Positions 47,946-59,870 are shown, counted from the first letter of the stretch. The stretch: 64,000 nt of DNA from Escherichia coli (GCF_030384885.1 NZ_CP128613.1), one strand, 5' to 3'. Notes: generated from the letters alone by a model not told the origin. Translations and numbers: made by a program.

Positions 47946-48761
47946 ATGCTCGAATTATCCATGACGTTACCGATTAAAGTGCAAAATGGTGGATTATTTA
48001 TTTCCCGTGGCGTAGGGAGGCATCCGGCAAGGCGGCTGGAGTCATGGGAAATTATCTTTGTCGAAAAAGGTCGATTAGCGATTCAGGAAGAAGAGCGGAT
48101 ATTTCTGGTCGATGCGGGAGAGAGTTTATTACTCTGGCCGAACCGACAGCATGTTGGGGTAGAGGATTTTCCCGCCGATCTCAAATTTTACTGGCTGCAT
48201 TTTGAGGTTAAAGCGCCGGATAGCGACCCGCGCTGGCTCACTCATCTTAGCGTGCCGCAACAAACGAAGGTTGCCGATCCGCAGGCGCTGGTGGCCCTGT
48301 TTCGCCAGTTCTTAAGCGAACAGGAAAAGCATCAACGCACTCCGGCGCTGGAGTTTATTGTGCTGCTGATTTTGCAGCAACTCACCCGTGACGCGCGTCT
48401 TGATGAACAGGCCGATGCCGCAGGTACCACGCTTGCCTGGAAAGCGCAGAAACTGATCCGCACGCAATATCATCGCCCGCTTTCCACTGCGCTTTTAGCC
48501 CGCGAGCTGTACTGCAATGCCGATTATCTTGGGCGCGTCTATCGGCGGGTGTTTCATCTGACGTTAACAGAAGCAATCCACCGCCAGCGGGTGCGCGAAG
48601 CCGAAAAGCTGTTAATTAGCGACGCGCGCTCGCTCACGGAAGTGGCGGCGTTGTGCGGGTTTAATGACGTTGGCTATTTCCGGCAGATTTTTCGCAAACA
48701 CACCGGATTAACGCCAGCTGCGTGGAAGCGACGTTACAGCAAGGAACATATCAATTCGTAG
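47946..48761 (+). CDS. AraC/XylS-family transcriptional regulator
   Basis: 271 aa; N-terminal cupin-like sensor region and C-terminal double HTH (TEVAALCGFNDVGYFRQIFRKHTGLTPAAWKRR); divergent from the symporter/GH127 genes. Confidence 0.8.
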   Translation: MLELSMTLPIKVQNGGLFISRGVGRHPARRLESWEIIFVEKGRLAIQEEERIFLVDAGESLLLWPNRQHVGVEDFPADLKFYWLHFEVKAPDSDPRWLTHLSVPQQTKVADPQALVALFRQFLSEQEKHQRTPALEFIVLLILQQLTRDARLDEQADAAGTTLAWKAQKLIRTQYHRPLSTALLARELYCNADYLGRVYRRVFHLTLTEAIHRQRVREAEKLLISDARSLTEVAALCGFNDVGYFRQIFRKHTGLTPAAWKRRYSKEHINS

Positions 48762-48792
48762 TGTCGGGGCAATGAAGCCCCGGCGTGAGAGA

Positions 48793-49488
48793 TTACTGCC
48801 CGTAATAGGCATTGGCCCCATGCTTACGCAGGTAGTGCTTATCCAGCAGTTCGTTTTGCATGGCAGGGAGCTGTGGTGCAAGCTGGCGCGAGAACAGGCC
48901 CATATAGGCGCACTCTTCCAGCACTACGGCATTATGCACCGCATCGGCGGCATTTTTTCCCCAGGCGAACGGGCCGTGAGAATGCACCAGTACCGCCGGG
49001 ATTTGTGCCGGACTCCTGCCACGTTCTTCGAAGGTTTCAATGATCACTTTGCCGGTCTGGTATTCATACTCGCCGTTAATCTCCGCTGCGGTCATCTGTC
49101 GCGTGCAGGGGATTGCGCCATAGAAATAATCGGCGTGAGTGGTGCCCCAGGCGGGGAGATCCAGCCCGGCCTGCGACCAGATGGTGGCGTGGCGCGAGTG
49201 GGTATGCACAATACCACCGATTTCGGCATAGCGACGGTAAAGCGCCAGATGCGTTGGCGTATCGGACGAGGGCTTTTTGCTACCTTCCACCACCTTGCCG
49301 CTGGCTATCTCAACCACCACCATATCGTCGGCGGTCATCACGTCGTACTCGACGCCGGAAGGTTTGATTACCATCCATTGCCGCGTTTCGTCTACCGCGC
49401 TGACATTGCCCCAGGTAAACGTCATCAGATGGTGAGCGGGAAGCGCCAGATTTGCCGCCAGCACGTCGGCTTTCAGTTGCTCTAACAT
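48793..49488 (-). CDS. sgbE: L-ribulose-5-phosphate 4-epimerase
   Basis: 231 aa; class II aldolase/epimerase fold; AraD-like. Confidence 0.9.
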   Translation of the reverse strand: MLEQLKADVLAANLALPAHHLMTFTWGNVSAVDETRQWMVIKPSGVEYDVMTADDMVVVEIASGKVVEGSKKPSSDTPTHLALYRRYAEIGGIVHTHSRHATIWSQAGLDLPAWGTTHADYFYGAIPCTRQMTAAEINGEYEYQTGKVIIETFEERGRSPAQIPAVLVHSHGPFAWGKNAADAVHNAVVLEECAYMGLFSRQLAPQLPAMQNELLDKHYLRKHGANAYYGQ

Positions 49489-50342
49489 ATAAAACCTGCC
49501 TCCTGCATACGCGCTTCAATCCAGCGCCGCGCCTGAATAATCTCCAGCACCGGCTCTTTGGCTTTTTCGGTCCACATCTCAATCAGAAATGATCCGCGAT
49601 AGTTCAGTTCATGCAGCGTTTTGAAGATACCAACGAAATCGACGCAGCCTTCGCCAAACGGCACGTCGCGGAACTGTCCGGGGCTATGCTCGGTCACTGG
49701 CTGGGTATCTTTCAGGTGGATGGCGGCGATACGGTCAATGCCCAGTTTCAGTTCAGCGGGAACATCATTGCCCCAGGCGCTAAGGTTACCGACGTCCGGG
49801 TAGACGGTGAACCACGGCGAGGCGAGTATCTCGTCCCACTTTTTCCATTTGCTGATGGAGTTCATAAACGCGGTATCCATAATCTCCACCGCCAGCATTA
49901 CTTGTGATGCCGCCGCCTGTTCGACAGCCCACGTCAGCCCTTCAGCAAAACGTTGCCGGGTACCTTCGTCATGGTCTTCGTAATAGACGTCGTAGCCCGC
50001 CAGTTGAATGGTGCGAATACCGAGATCGCGCGCCAGATGAATTGCTTTGCTCATGATCTCCAGTGCTCGCTGGCGTACCGCGTCGTCACGGCTACCAAAG
50101 GGAAAACGACGATGTGCGGACAGGCACATCGACGGGATCCCAACACCCGTTTCGATCATCGCGGCAACCAGCGAAGTCCTTTGTGCGGCGCTCCAGTCAA
50201 GGCGCGACAGACGCTCGTCAGTTTCATCCACCGACATTTCGACAAAATCAAAGCCACAGCTTTTCGCCAGCACCAGCCGCTCCGGCCAGGAGAGATCTTT
50301 CGCCAGCGCTTTTTCATAAATCCCTAACGGATGATTACGCAC
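49482..50342 (-). CDS. sgbU: L-xylulose-5-phosphate 3-epimerase
   Basis: TIM-barrel sugar-phosphate epimerase; start placed at the GTG corresponding to [13 protein letters not shown] (286 aa) by recollection of the K-12 protein; the upstream track ATG would give 297 aa. Confidence 0.8.
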   Translation of the reverse strand: MRNHPLGIYEKALAKDLSWPERLVLAKSCGFDFVEMSVDETDERLSRLDWSAAQRTSLVAAMIETGVGIPSMCLSAHRRFPFGSRDDAVRQRALEIMSKAIHLARDLGIRTIQLAGYDVYYEDHDEGTRQRFAEGLTWAVEQAAASQVMLAVEIMDTAFMNSISKWKKWDEILASPWFTVYPDVGNLSAWGNDVPAELKLGIDRIAAIHLKDTQPVTEHSPGQFRDVPFGEGCVDFVGIFKTLHELNYRGSFLIEMWTEKAKEPVLEIIQARRWIEARMQEAGFIC

Positions 50343-50997
50343 GTGCGCCTCCCCAGATAGCGTCGATTTGCGCATGGAAGTCGGCAGCTACCTGTGCCGG
50401 ATTTGCTGCGCCTGCCAGCGCCCGCCCGGCAATAAACGCTTTCACGCGGATATCTTTAAACAGCGGCAGGTCAGCAGGCGTAATCCCGCCGGTAATGGAA
50501 AGCTCAAGGCCGATATCGGAAAGCGCCTTCATGCGTGCCAGATCGGCTTCGCCCCACTGTTGCCCGCTGGCCTGCGCGTCACGACCACGATGATAAATCG
50601 CCTGCCGCACGCCAATACGATGCCAGTCGTGGGCGTCGTCCAGCGTCCAGTTACCAAAAAGCTCTATCTGGATTTCACCACCGCAGCGTTGCGCCATTGC
50701 GTGGCCTTTTTCTACCGTCGCGAGCGGCGCAGCGCAGATGATGGTCATCCAGTTAGCGCCTGCGCCAAACGCCTGTTGCGCGAGCGTTTCACCAGCATCG
50801 GCGACCTTCCAGTCAGCAACGATGATTTTGTCCGGGCACTGTTCGCGCAAGGTTTTCACCGCGCCAAGCCCTTCGTTTAAACAGAGAATGGTGCCCGCTT
50901 CGACGATATCGACGCTGTCTTTTAACAGCGTAACGTCGCGCTGTGCGGCTTCAAGTGATGAGTGGTCGAGGGCCAGTTGCAGAAGTGGTCTGCTCAT
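50335..50997 (-). CDS. sgbH: 3-keto-L-gulonate-6-phosphate decarboxylase
   Basis: 220 aa; OMP-decarboxylase-like fold. Confidence 0.9.
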   Translation of the reverse strand: MSRPLLQLALDHSSLEAAQRDVTLLKDSVDIVEAGTILCLNEGLGAVKTLREQCPDKIIVADWKVADAGETLAQQAFGAGANWMTIICAAPLATVEKGHAMAQRCGGEIQIELFGNWTLDDAHDWHRIGVRQAIYHRGRDAQASGQQWGEADLARMKALSDIGLELSITGGITPADLPLFKDIRVKAFIAGRALAGAANPAQVAADFHAQIDAIWGGARA

Positions 50998-52490
50998 AAT
51001 GTGTTCTCCTTAACGCGGGCATGAAAGCCCTGTAGTGCGGCAATGAGGTGCTGATAGCGTTGGTATTTTTGTTGGTAAAGCTGATGGGCGGTCATATCCG
51101 GTAACAGGGTGCGCACCGGGTGCTGTTGATCGCGCTGGGCTTCGCTGAAATCGCGATAAACACCGGTGCCGACGCGGGCAGCAAGCGCCGCGCCAAAACA
51201 GCCGGTTTCTTCCACCTGTGGCAGCTCGATACGTAAGCCGCTAACGTCCGCCAGCATTTGCATCCAGACATCGGAGTGCGCCGGGCCGCCAGTCACGCGC
51301 AGGGTGTGCACATCAGTAAAACGTTCGCGCATCCGGTTGAGGTGGGTCATATGGCTGAACACCACGCCTTCATAAATGGCCTGCAACAGGTGTGCGCGGG
51401 TGTGAATGGCCTGCATCCCGTAGAAACCGCTGGTCATCTCGAGTCCGGCGTTGCTGCCGTACAGGAACGGCAGGAAAAAGAGATCGCCACCGGCTTTCGG
51501 TAAGCTGGCAACAGCCTGGTTGATCTCAGCAAACGAGATTTCTCCCCACTGCGCGGTAAACCATTCGAGATTGCCGGAAGAGGTAGGGCTGGCTTCGTGA
51601 ACGATAAATTCACCGTCGTTAACGTAGCGGCCATAGACATACGGATGCGCTTCACCGCCACCTAAACCGCAGGTTATGCCGCTGGTCACCGCCCAGGTCC
51701 CCATCACCGCATTGAGGGTAAATTCGTCTTCGATTCCGGCGCAGAGTGCGGTAGAAACCACATCAAACAGGCCGCCGACAACGGGCGTACCCGCTTTCAG
51801 ACCGGTCAGTACGGCTGTCTGAGCGGTGATTTCCCCGCAGATTTCGGCAGATCCGACAACAGGCGGCAGGGCGTGATTGATTTCACTGATCCCCAGCCAG
51901 TCGGTGAGGCACGGGTCATATTCCCCAAGACTCATGTTGTAGAGATTGGACTCAGAAATATTGCTCTCTTCACAACCTTTGACACCGGTTAAACACCAGC
52001 GCAGGTAGTCGTGCGTCATCATCACGCAGCCAATTTGCGCGTAGCGTTCTGGTTCGTGTTCTTTCAGCCAGCGTAACAGCGACACCGGATGCCCGGTCCA
52101 CAAGGTTTGTCGGGTCAGCGGGTAGAGTTTTTCCGGGATGCTATCTTCCTGCCAGCGACGAACGATTTCCATCGCCCGGCGATCCGAGGACAAAATGGCG
52201 TTACCGAGCGGCTTGTCGTTTTTATCCAGCAAAAACAAGCCCTTTCCCTGTGCGGAGATACCGATGCCGACAATTTGCTCCCCGCTAACGCTGGAATGGG
52301 TAAGCAGGGAGCGAATGACAGCCATGCAGCATTGCCACAGTTCTGCCATATCGCGCTCTGCCCAGCCTGGCTGCGGGCTTAATGCGCACAGCGGCAGGCG
52401 CTGCACGCCTGCCTCCCGGCCTTCGCGGTCATACAGGCCGGCTTTCAGCCAGCTACCGCCACAATCTAACCCCAGCCAGTATTGCGTCAT
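50994..52490 (-). CDS. lyxK: L-xylulose / 3-keto-L-gulonate kinase
   Basis: 498 aa; FGGY carbohydrate kinase family. Confidence 0.9.
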   Translation of the reverse strand: MTQYWLGLDCGGSWLKAGLYDREGREAGVQRLPLCALSPQPGWAERDMAELWQCCMAVIRSLLTHSSVSGEQIVGIGISAQGKGLFLLDKNDKPLGNAILSSDRRAMEIVRRWQEDSIPEKLYPLTRQTLWTGHPVSLLRWLKEHEPERYAQIGCVMMTHDYLRWCLTGVKGCEESNISESNLYNMSLGEYDPCLTDWLGISEINHALPPVVGSAEICGEITAQTAVLTGLKAGTPVVGGLFDVVSTALCAGIEDEFTLNAVMGTWAVTSGITCGLGGGEAHPYVYGRYVNDGEFIVHEASPTSSGNLEWFTAQWGEISFAEINQAVASLPKAGGDLFFLPFLYGSNAGLEMTSGFYGMQAIHTRAHLLQAIYEGVVFSHMTHLNRMRERFTDVHTLRVTGGPAHSDVWMQMLADVSGLRIELPQVEETGCFGAALAARVGTGVYRDFSEAQRDQQHPVRTLLPDMTAHQLYQQKYQRYQHLIAALQGFHARVKENTL

Positions 52491-52493
52491 GGC

Positions 52494-53480
52494 TTATTGC
52501 ACCTCATCCACGGCTTTCAGCAGTTCATCGCCCTGCGGAACATCTTTTACAAACATGTCGCGGACCTGAGTACCCAGTACGTCGCTAAAGGCTTTGCGAT
52601 CAAGTTCGGTGATGACTTCCACGCCAGCGTCTTTCATGCCGTCGATGATTTTTTGCTGATTTTCGGCGACCAATTTGCGCTGGTAATTACCCGCTTCTTG
52701 CGCAGATGAAATTAGCGCTTGCTGGAACTCCGGGCTTAAGCCATCAAACTTCGCTTTGTTGATCACCACCAAAAGCGGGGAATAGGCATGGTGCGTCAGA
52801 GAAAGGTACTTCTGCACTTCATAAAATTTGGCTGACCAGACGACGTTGATCGGGTGTTCCTGAGCGTCGATAGTGCGCGTTTCCAGCCCGGTATAGACTT
52901 CGGCAAACGGCATCGGGATCGGGTTAGCGCCAAAGACTTTGAATGCGGCGATATTCATCGGGCTATTGTTGGTGCGTATTTTCAGCCCTTTCAGGTCGGC
53001 AGGTGTTTTAACTGGCTGGCGTGAGTTGGTGACATCGCGCCAGCCGTTTTCCCAGTAGGCCAGTACTTTCAGTCCCTTACCTTCAAGGGAGGCCTTCAGT
53101 TCATCGCCGACTTTGCCGTCGAGTGTTTTATGCGCGTGGGCGGTATCGCGGAACAGGAAAGGAACATCAAGCAGGTTCATCACAGGTGATAACCCGGCAA
53201 AGTTATTCGAGCCGGACATTTCCATATCGATGGTGCCGCCACGTACGCCGCTGATCATCGCCTGCGCGTTACCGAGAGTGCTGTCCGGGAACAGTTTTAA
53301 TTTCAGCTCGCCTTTGGTTCTCTCCTGCAATAAATCATTAAATTTTTTCGCCGCAATATGTTGAGAGTCGGTTTGTGAGGTTTCATAACCGAAACGTAAT
53401 GATTGTGCCGCCAGAGAAGATGTGCTGAACGCCGCCACTCCGGCAATTAATAAAGCGTAGGTTACAGAGCGTAATTTCAT
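52494..53480 (-). CDS. yiaO: TRAP transporter periplasmic solute-binding protein (2,3-diketo-L-gulonate)
   Basis: 328 aa; signal peptide; DctP family. Confidence 0.9.
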   Translation of the reverse strand: MKLRSVTYALLIAGVAAFSTSSLAAQSLRFGYETSQTDSQHIAAKKFNDLLQERTKGELKLKLFPDSTLGNAQAMISGVRGGTIDMEMSGSNNFAGLSPVMNLLDVPFLFRDTAHAHKTLDGKVGDELKASLEGKGLKVLAYWENGWRDVTNSRQPVKTPADLKGLKIRTNNSPMNIAAFKVFGANPIPMPFAEVYTGLETRTIDAQEHPINVVWSAKFYEVQKYLSLTHHAYSPLLVVINKAKFDGLSPEFQQALISSAQEAGNYQRKLVAENQQKIIDGMKDAGVEVITELDRKAFSDVLGTQVRDMFVKDVPQGDELLKAVDEVQ

Positions 53481-53492
53481 TATATTTTCCTT

Positions 53493-54770
53493 TTAATTAA
53501 TCCATTTCAACGGGAGGATGATGAGATCGGGAATAAAAACAAATAAGGCTAATAAGGAATATAAAACCAGGACGTAAGGGAAAACGCCTCTGACTGCATC
53601 ATCGAATTTGAGTTTAGCCACCCCTGAAATAACGTTAAGCACATTACCGATAGGCGGTGTAATTAAGCCGATTGAGCAGTTGATGATAAACATGACTCCG
53701 AAGTAAATCGGATCGATTCCTGCCTCTTTAACTAAAGGCATTAATACCGGGGTAAGAATTAACACCGTCGGCGTTAAATCCATTACCATACCGACTATCA
53801 AAATCGCCAGCATAATAACGATAAACAGCAGACGCGGTGATTCCACTAACGGTTGCAGTAAATCAGAAACCATCATTGGCAGTTCAGCAATGGTAATTAG
53901 CCAGGCGGAAACTTGTGCCGAAGCCACCAGAAACATTACCACTGAGGTGGTTTTCGCCGCGCCAATAAGTACATGCCAAAGTGTGGCGAATGTCATTTCA
54001 CGGTAAATAACCGTGGCGACAAATAACGCATAGAAAGCAGCAACGGCCCCGGCTTCGGTAGGGGTAAACAGACCGGAGCGAAAGCCGCCAATAATAATGA
54101 CCGGAAGAAATAGCGCCCAGATACCGGAAACAAAAGAGTGCCAGATTTCTCGTTTCGTTGCTTTTTGCTGACGGGGTAAATTAAGACGACTGGCCTGCCA
54201 CCACCATGTGAGCATCAGCGTTGCGCCCATCATAATGCCTGGGGCAATGCCCGCCATAAACAACTTACTGATGGATAATCCGCTGGAAACACCGAAGATA
54301 ATAAATGGAATGGAAGGGGGAATAATTGGCGCGATAATCCCGCCAGAGGCAATCAGCCCCGCAGCACGGTTGACCGGGTAGTTAGCGCTGCGCATCATCG
54401 GCACCAGTAGCGCGGCAACGGCGGCGGTATCCGCAACAGCAGAACCGGAAAGGCTCGCCATAATCATTGCCGCCAGCACGCCTACGTAGCCCAACCCGCC
54501 TGGTTTATGCCCGACCAGTTTCATCGGCAGGTCAACAATGCGTTTTGATAAGCCGCCCGCATTCATGATTTCACCCGCCAGTACAAAGAACGGAATCGCC
54601 AGCAGGGAGAAGCTATCAGCACCGTTTACCAGCGTTTGCGCCATGATCTGGACATCAAACATATCCAGCCAGAACATAAGCGCCGCCCCGCACAACAGTA
54701 GCGACCAGGCAATAGGCAAACCGATAGCAATGCCACCCAACAGGCAGCCCAGAAAAATCAGCACAGCCAT
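53493..54770 (-). CDS. yiaN: TRAP transporter large permease
   Basis: 425 aa polytopic DctM-family permease. Confidence 0.9.
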   Translation of the reverse strand: MAVLIFLGCLLGGIAIGLPIAWSLLLCGAALMFWLDMFDVQIMAQTLVNGADSFSLLAIPFFVLAGEIMNAGGLSKRIVDLPMKLVGHKPGGLGYVGVLAAMIMASLSGSAVADTAAVAALLVPMMRSANYPVNRAAGLIASGGIIAPIIPPSIPFIIFGVSSGLSISKLFMAGIAPGIMMGATLMLTWWWQASRLNLPRQQKATKREIWHSFVSGIWALFLPVIIIGGFRSGLFTPTEAGAVAAFYALFVATVIYREMTFATLWHVLIGAAKTTSVVMFLVASAQVSAWLITIAELPMMVSDLLQPLVESPRLLFIVIMLAILIVGMVMDLTPTVLILTPVLMPLVKEAGIDPIYFGVMFIINCSIGLITPPIGNVLNVISGVAKLKFDDAVRGVFPYVLVLYSLLALFVFIPDLIILPLKWIN

Positions 54771-54772
54771 GA

Positions 54773-55246
54773 TTAAGCTCCTTGCGGTGGCGGCGTTAGA
54801 GAATTGCTACGCGTGATGAGTTGATATAAAAGGCGCAGCTCAAAGAATGCGATAACGAGGCTGGTGGGCAGACAAGCGGCATACATCAGGCCGATGGGCA
54901 AGCCGAGGATCGGTGAATAATCGCTCCAGTCCTGAATTGTTTTTAGCGTTGCGCCCCAGGCCAGAGCGCCACAAATAAATAAGATTAAGGAATGGGTAAC
55001 CAGAGCGACTCGCCGCTGCCACGCGGGGGAGAGTTTCTCCACCAGAAAGGTAACCTGAACGTGGGCGTTATCCATAAAAGCCACAATCGCGCCAATAAAG
55101 GTTAACCAGACAAATAAATAACGCGACAATTCATCTACAGATAAAATACTTGTCTGAAAACCATATCTTAAAATAATGTTTATAAACACAATACAGGAAA
55201 GTACGGCGAGATTAATCGCCAGTATTGCTTCAAGTATTTTTTTCAT
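54773..55246 (-). CDS. yiaM: TRAP transporter small permease
   Basis: 157 aa; four TM segments; DctQ family. Confidence 0.9.
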   Translation of the reverse strand: MKKILEAILAINLAVLSCIVFINIILRYGFQTSILSVDELSRYLFVWLTFIGAIVAFMDNAHVQVTFLVEKLSPAWQRRVALVTHSLILFICGALAWGATLKTIQDWSDYSPILGLPIGLMYAACLPTSLVIAFFELRLLYQLITRSNSLTPPPQGA

Positions 55247-55363
55247 AGCTATTCCTTGAGGCTATGTTTGTCATAATTCAAGTTGCATGTGCAGCAACCT
55301 GAATTATTAATATAGTTAGAGCAATAACATTACCCAGGCGTTCTGGCGTAGACGATTATTCGA

Positions 55364-55834
<471 letters not shown>

Positions 55835-55842
55835 TTATCTCC

Positions 55843-56841
55843 TTATAACGCCTGGATTTTTGCCCATACGCTGTCATCAACGGTAATACCGTTACGGCGG
55901 TTTTCTGCCAGCAGGGTGGTAAATTCGTGGCCGGGTAAGCGAATGGCCTGGTTTTCATCGGCGCGTTCAGCGGTGGTAATGTAATCCATGATACGTTGTA
56001 GCTTGGCATCGCGGGTGGCGCCGTCGATAAGCTTGTCCACTTCAACGGCGATAAAGATTTGCGAAACGCCATATTCGTCGCTGTTATCCTGGGTGACTTC
56101 GGCAACGGATGCGCCGTCGGAAAGGAGAGTAGCGATCATATCCAGCACGATCGACATACCAGAACCTTTCCAGTAGCCCATCGGCAAAATGCGGCGATTT
56201 TTTTCGATAATGCCAGGTTCTTTGGTCAAATTGCCCTTATCATCAAAGCCACCATCGACCGGGAGCTGACGACCTGCAAGGCGGTTAACTTCTAACATGC
56301 CGTAGGAAAACATCGACATCGACATATCGACCATAGTGATCGGCGTGGAAGGAATCGCGACGATCAGCGGGTTAGTGCCGATACGACACTCTTTTGCGCC
56401 CCACGGCGGCATTACGGCGATGGAGTTGGTCCAGCAAATGCCAATATAGCCTTTTTCCGCCGCCTGCCAGCCGTAGCTGCCGCCGCGCATCCAGTGGTTG
56501 GCATTACGCAACGCCACCAGACCAATACCGTGATCGGCAGCCAGTTCAATGGCGCGATCCATCATCTTTTTCGCTGTCAGGTTACCGATCGAACGCTGGG
56601 CGTCCCACTGTTCAATTGCGCCGAGGCTGGTTATACGTTTGGCTTGGGCATCAGGAATGATATCGCCGTTTTCCAGTTGTTGAATGAAACGAGGGAAACG
56701 GTTGACGCCGTGAGAATAAACGCCGGATTCGGTGGTGCGGGCGAACATTTCGGCACAGGCATCAGCCGTTTCGCTGTCAACGCCGCGTGAAATTAAGACT
56801 CGATTAAAGGCTGCTTTTAACTGCTCAAATGTCACTTTCAT
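55843..56841 (-). CDS. yiaK: 2,3-diketo-L-gulonate reductase
   Basis: 332 aa; malate/L-lactate dehydrogenase-2 (Ldh_2) family; first gene of the operon. Confidence 0.9.
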   Translation of the reverse strand: MKVTFEQLKAAFNRVLISRGVDSETADACAEMFARTTESGVYSHGVNRFPRFIQQLENGDIIPDAQAKRITSLGAIEQWDAQRSIGNLTAKKMMDRAIELAADHGIGLVALRNANHWMRGGSYGWQAAEKGYIGICWTNSIAVMPPWGAKECRIGTNPLIVAIPSTPITMVDMSMSMFSYGMLEVNRLAGRQLPVDGGFDDKGNLTKEPGIIEKNRRILPMGYWKGSGMSIVLDMIATLLSDGASVAEVTQDNSDEYGVSQIFIAVEVDKLIDGATRDAKLQRIMDYITTAERADENQAIRLPGHEFTTLLAENRRNGITVDDSVWAKIQAL

Positions 56842-57041
56842 CCCTGGCTTCCTTGTTTTTTTGATCGCTTTTTTGGCTTAAAATTTCAATATGCGAAATC
56901 TGATTTCAAATATATCGATCGCTTTTTAACAAAGCAATCTGATTAATGAATTTCAAAAGACTTAAAAATCAATTGGTTATAAATTATCTGTCGAGATCGT
57001 GAACTACGGCACACTTTGCGCTACCATCAGGACGCGACAAA

Positions 57042-57890
57042 ATGGGGAAAGAAGTGATGGGAAAAAAAGAGAACGAGATGGCGCAGGAAAAAGAGCGTCC
57101 AGCCGGAAGCCAGAGTCTGTTTCGCGGGTTGATGCTGATTGAGATTTTGAGCAACTATCCAAACGGTTGTCCGTTGGCGCATCTTTCGGAGCTGGCTGGT
57201 TTAAATAAGAGTACCGTCCATCGCTTATTGCAGGGATTACAATCCTGCGGCTATGTGACCACCGCGCCCGCCGCAGGGAGTTACCGCCTGACTACCAAAT
57301 TTATTGCCGTCGGGCAGAAGGCGCTGTCTTCGCTGAATATCATTCATATCGCCGCTCCGCATCTTGAGGCACTGAACATCGCCACTGGTGAAACCATTAA
57401 CTTCTCCAGCCGCGAAGACGATCACGCTATTTTGATTTATAAGCTGGAACCTACAACCGGGATGCTGCGAACCCGAGCTTATATAGGCCAGCATATGCCG
57501 CTCTACTGTTCCGCAATGGGCAAGATCTACATGGCGTTTGGTCACCCGGACTACGTGAAGTCATACTGGGAAAGCCATCAGCATGAGATCCAGCCGTTAA
57601 CCCGCAATACCATTACCGAGCTGCCCGCGATGTTCGACGAACTGGCGCACATTCGTGAAAGCGGAGCGGCGATGGACAGAGAAGAAAACGAACTCGGCGT
57701 CTCCTGTATTGCTGTTCCGGTGTTTGATATTCATGGGCGGGTGCCGTACGCCGTGTCGATTTCTCTTTCGACATCACGTCTGAAACAGGTGGGGGAGAAA
57801 AATCTCCTGAAACCACTGCGTGAAACCGCGCAGGCTATTTCTAATGAACTGGGATTTACTGTCAGGGACGACCAGGGCGCGATCACATAA
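57042..57890 (+). CDS. yiaJ: IclR-family repressor of the yiaK-S operon
   Basis: 282 aa; N-terminal HTH (LSELAGLNKSTVHRLLQGL) and IclR effector domain; divergent from yiaK. Confidence 0.9.
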   Translation: MGKEVMGKKENEMAQEKERPAGSQSLFRGLMLIEILSNYPNGCPLAHLSELAGLNKSTVHRLLQGLQSCGYVTTAPAAGSYRLTTKFIAVGQKALSSLNIIHIAAPHLEALNIATGETINFSSREDDHAILIYKLEPTTGMLRTRAYIGQHMPLYCSAMGKIYMAFGHPDYVKSYWESHQHEIQPLTRNTITELPAMFDELAHIRESGAAMDREENELGVSCIAVPVFDIHGRVPYAVSISLSTSRLKQVGEKNLLKPLRETAQAISNELGFTVRDDQGAIT

Positions 57891-57991
57891 CGCTCTGGAC
57901 AAGTGCCAAAACTTTAACATTTCCTTCGTTGGATCAAAGCAGTAGAGACGCGCTCTCTGGCACTCTGCTGTTTTAGTGCAAAGGAGTGATC

Positions 57992-58465
57992 ATGAACCGG
58001 TTTATTATTGCGGATGCGACGAAATGTATCGGTTGCCGTACCTGTGAAGTGGCTTGCGCAGTGTCGCATCAGGAGAATCAGGATTGCGCTGCGTTGTCAC
58101 CCGGTGAGTTTATTTCGCGTATTCGTGTCATTAAAGATCATACTTACACCACGGCAGTAGCCTGTCATCAGTGTGAAGATGCACCGTGCGCAAATGTGTG
58201 CCCTGTTGACGCGATAAGTCGCGAACATGGGCATATTTTCGTTGAACAATCACGTTGTATTGGCTGTAAAAGCTGTATGCTGGCTTGCCCGTTTGGTGCG
58301 ATGGAGGTCGTTTCTTCACGCACAAAGGCGAGGGCGATAAAGTGCGATCTGTGCTGGCATCGGGCGACGGGACCGGCTTGTGTTGAAGCTTGCCCAACAC
58401 AAGCGTTGCAATGCATGGATGTCGAGAAAGTGCAGCGGCATCGGCTACGGCAGCAGTCTGTTTGA
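57992..58465 (+). CDS. ysaA: 4Fe-4S ferredoxin-type protein
   Basis: 157 aa from ATG at 57992 with AAGGAG Shine-Dalgarno; four CxxCxxCxxxC(P) clusters. Confidence 0.85.
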   Translation: MNRFIIADATKCIGCRTCEVACAVSHQENQDCAALSPGEFISRIRVIKDHTYTTAVACHQCEDAPCANVCPVDAISREHGHIFVEQSRCIGCKSCMLACPFGAMEVVSSRTKARAIKCDLCWHRATGPACVEACPTQALQCMDVEKVQRHRLRQQSV

Positions 58466-58509
58466 AACGTTTTTCCGGCGTTTTTTAACGCAGGAATAGT
58501 GCGCTTTGT

Positions 58510-58615
58510 TTATGCCGGATGCGGCTTAAACGCCTTATCCGGCCTACAAATTCTTCCAAATTCAATATATTGCAGAAATGATGTAGGCCTGATAAGCGTA
58601 GCGCATCAGGCAATT
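58510..58615. repeat. REP/BIME elements
   Basis: gccggatgcggcttaaacgccttatccggcctaca ... taggcctgataagcgtagcgcatcaggca, between convergent ysaA and avtA. Confidence 0.6.
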
Positions 58616-58616
58616 T

Positions 58617-59870
58617 TTAATGACTTTCAGCCCAGGCGCGTTCAATCTCTTCCGCCAGAATCTTCACCCCCGCTTCAATTTTATCCGGCTCCGGCACGTA
58701 GTTCATACGCATACATTGATGTGTATGTGGCCACGGTTTATCCAGCCCTGGGAAGAAGTTGTGCCCCGGCACCATCAGCACGCCCCGTGCTTTCAGGCGC
58801 TGGTAGAGCTGCTCGGTCGTAATTGGCAAATCCTTAAACCATAGCCAGAGGAAAATGGCTCCTTCCGGTTTATGAATCAGGCAGCGATCTTCCGGTAAAT
58901 AGCGGCGAATGATAGCGATAGTTTCCTGAACACGCTGGTAGTAAAACGGTTTGATGACTGTTTCAGACAGGCGCAGCAGATCGTTACGCTTAATCATTTC
59001 ACACATCATCGCTGGACCAATACCGCCAGGTGCCAGGCTGATAATGCCGTTCATATTGGTGATGGCGGTGATGATTTTTTCATTGGCGATGATAATGCCG
59101 CAGCGCGAACCCGGTAGTCCCAGCTTGGAAAGACTCATGCACAGTACAATATTCGGATTCCACAGCGGGCGCGCTTCGCTGAAGATGATGCCTGGGAACG
59201 GGACGCCATAAGCGTTATCAATCACCAGCGGAATACCGTGCTGATTCGCCAGTGCGTCCAGTTTCAATAATTCTTCGTCAGTAATCACATTGCCTGTTGG
59301 ATTCGTCGGTCGGGAGACGCAAATCATCCCGGTCTCTTCGCCAATATGCAGATGCTCAAAATCGACGTGGTATTTAAACTGGCCTTCCGGCAGCAGTTCA
59401 ATATTCGGACGCGCAGAGACAAACAGATCTTCTTCCAGTCCGGCGTCAGCGTAGCCAATGTATTCCGGTGCCAGCGGAAACAGCACTTTTTTGATCCGAC
59501 CATCGGCACGGCGTCCGGCGAACAGATTAAATAAGTAGAAAAACGCGCTCTGGCTGCCGTTTGTTAGTGCAATATTCTGTGGTTCGATATCCCAACCCAA
59601 CTTCTCGCGTAGCATTCCGGCAAGCAGTGTGAGTAGCTCCGTTTTCCCCTGTGGACCGTCGTAATTGCACAGTGCATCAGTCGCTTTGCCACTTTCCAGC
59701 ATGTCGGTCAGTAGCGTCTGGAAGTAGTCCTGCATTTCCGGGATCTGCGCTGGATTACCGCCGCCGAGCATAATCGCGCCAGGCGTGCGTAAACCGTCGT
59801 TCAGATCTTCCATCAGCAGCGTAATGCCGGAGTGGCGGGTAAATTTGTCACCAAAAAGGGAGAATGTCAT
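58617..59870 (-). CDS. avtA: Valine-pyruvate aminotransferase
   Basis: Start at MTFSLFGDKFTRHSGITLLMEDL (417 aa); class I/II aminotransferase fold; the 452 aa track ORF is an upstream extension. Confidence 0.9.
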   Translation of the reverse strand: MTFSLFGDKFTRHSGITLLMEDLNDGLRTPGAIMLGGGNPAQIPEMQDYFQTLLTDMLESGKATDALCNYDGPQGKTELLTLLAGMLREKLGWDIEPQNIALTNGSQSAFFYLFNLFAGRRADGRIKKVLFPLAPEYIGYADAGLEEDLFVSARPNIELLPEGQFKYHVDFEHLHIGEETGMICVSRPTNPTGNVITDEELLKLDALANQHGIPLVIDNAYGVPFPGIIFSEARPLWNPNIVLCMSLSKLGLPGSRCGIIIANEKIITAITNMNGIISLAPGGIGPAMMCEMIKRNDLLRLSETVIKPFYYQRVQETIAIIRRYLPEDRCLIHKPEGAIFLWLWFKDLPITTEQLYQRLKARGVLMVPGHNFFPGLDKPWPHTHQCMRMNYVPEPDKIEAGVKILAEEIERAWAESH

